Made by a program: the position numbers and the translations under genes
Notes under the pieces: generated by a model
What the model was told of the DNA's origin: nothing
Database searches by the model: none
Seen by the model: the letters and a program-made list of their open reading frames with translations, nothing else
From: Phoronis australis
Taxonomy: Eukaryota; Animalia; Phoronida
Assembly: GCA_002633005.1 (NCBI GenBank)
Contig: NMRA01000078.1
Span: 124,001 to 188,000, forward strand
Length of the DNA stretch: 64,000 nt
Direction: 5' to 3'
Shown: in pieces, positions 62,491 to 64,000 of the stretch
How positions within the stretch are numbered: the first letter of the stretch is position 1
How the letters are laid out: every line of letters starts with the position of its first letter

Positions 62491-64000
62491 CAGAGCTTGC
62501 AGTGACCCATGACAAAAAAAGAGGAACATTTTTACTGCCAAAAATACACATTGCAATCTAAACAACCATACCTCAACAAATAGAAAGTAAACTATTTACC
62601 ACAAGATGCCCTGTAACTGTGTCGTGTTTGCAAAACACACTCATTTTAAGCAGTACCTGACATCTACTTCAGCAATAATAATGAAGGCAATTAGATGCAA
62701 CAAAAGATATTTTTTAAAAATTGAAATAATAAAGATAATGATGCAAAATTTGCAGTGTGAGTGACAAGGTTATTCTTGATGTGCTGCAGGGAACCTATAA
62801 AATTATTTTCCTTATTTTAAGTTCTTATAATTACGATACAAAATAATAAAAAAAATTTGAAAATTGACCCAGAGATTATCTGGAAAGCCTGAAATATGTA
62901 AACATTTAATTTCAACAAAAAAAAATTAATTCTAACGTAATGGAAAAAGTCAAGACGAAAACCTGTGGCTCATATGGAAAAAATGAAAGTAAAAACATAA
63001 TTTAAACTATAGAATACATCAATCACACTCTTAAGTTGGCCAAACTTCAGCTTGAAACAGCACTTACAGGAGATAATTGTTCATAAGCCACGCTGGTGTA
63101 GAACAAACTATGTGACATAAGAAACAACTACAAGGACACTCAAAATAGGCTAGCGGAATTTATAAACAATGGCTTAGACCAATCAGATCATTCAGGACCT
63201 GCCACGTGACCACTTCTCTCTCGAACTGCAAAACTCGAGTCGGTCAAAACTAGACATTTTAACAAAAATAAAATATGAAAAATGTCAAAATATATTGGAA
63301 TACATCAACGGCAATTTAAAACACAATTGCAGTAACGAAAATAGCACTTTGTAATTCTGTTTCGGCAGCACGTAGTAAATCGGACTCGGCCTCAAGCTTA
63401 GCATCCAACTTGGCAACTGCCGGCACGGGCTTAAACGTGGGAACAAACAAAAGAATTTCATACATCACTCACATCCCATGATTCCAATCCAACGAATTAC
63501 CAGTTACGGTTGAATTTCCCATCAGAATGCGTTTTTCTTTCTTGTGTTTCGTCGTTTTCAGGTGGTCCTCCGCGATTCATCCACGCACGCGGTAATTGTC
63601 CCTCTGTCAACGTTTACAGAGCGCAAACCCAGACTTTTGTTGTTTGTGAACACACTGACCGTTTCTTTTATTCACCTTTTCCATGAAATATTCTGTCCAT
63701 TCCACACTCCATGCATTTTTGGCCGCAGAATCACACTACTTGTCACAGTGATCAATACCGTATGCAGACGCCATTGATGAACCACGCTATCCCAGGTGCC
63801 CCGGCAATTACGATTTGCGTTCCTCCACAACATAGAGCAGTTTCTGCTTTTCGAGTCGTCGGCCGGTTAGAAACCAATTTCCCGCGGAAATTTTATGGCA
63901 AATCCGATTTTTTTTCGCGGAAATATAACAAAAATGCGCAGAAAGAATTTTAAGAGAAAAAATCGGAAATCCGCGTTTCCGCAGAAAATTCCAAGCCTGG
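62491..64000 (+). mobile_element. Long (about 1.5 kb) diverged member of the CAGGGCTTGGAAT family
   Basis: Left end CAGAGCTTGCAGTGACCCATGACAAAAAAAGAGGAAC; the 3' ~250 bp aligns by eye with ~3450-3698 and ends ATTCCAAGCCTGG; right TSD lies outside the window. Confidence 0.65.

Overview
Eukaryotic (animal, most likely invertebrate) genomic DNA, AT-rich and intron-rich, with one assembly gap (N, 61033-62004). Two spliced protein-coding genes lie head-to-head. (1) A minus-strand VGLL4/Tgi-family TEAD co-repressor: 5 coding exons, 17239->1793, 241 aa, three Tondu (TDU) motifs. (2) A plus-strand SLC26 (prestin/pendrin-like) anion exchanger with a STAS domain: about 16 coding exons, 36223->~53365, about 826 aa. 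All exon boundaries were assembled by hand from GT-AG sites and phase continuity. The non-coding DNA holds a multi-copy non-autonomous DNA-transposon family (CAGGGCTTGGAAT termini, 6-bp TSDs), a Harbinger-type MITE, a solo LTR, an LTR-like element carrying a tRNA-type Pol III promoter, a foldback hairpin, a three-copy mini-hairpin repeat and several minisatellites. The most interesting signals are clustered tandem TEAD-binding motifs at the VGLL4 5' end and next to a candidate TATA-driven alternative first exon in intron 1 (a possible TEAD feedback circuit with an isoform switch), a minisatellite born inside a transposon terminus, and the tRNA-promoter-bearing LTR-like element. No CRISPR array, rRNA or intact tRNA gene was seen. 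Nothing here was checked by database search or expression data.
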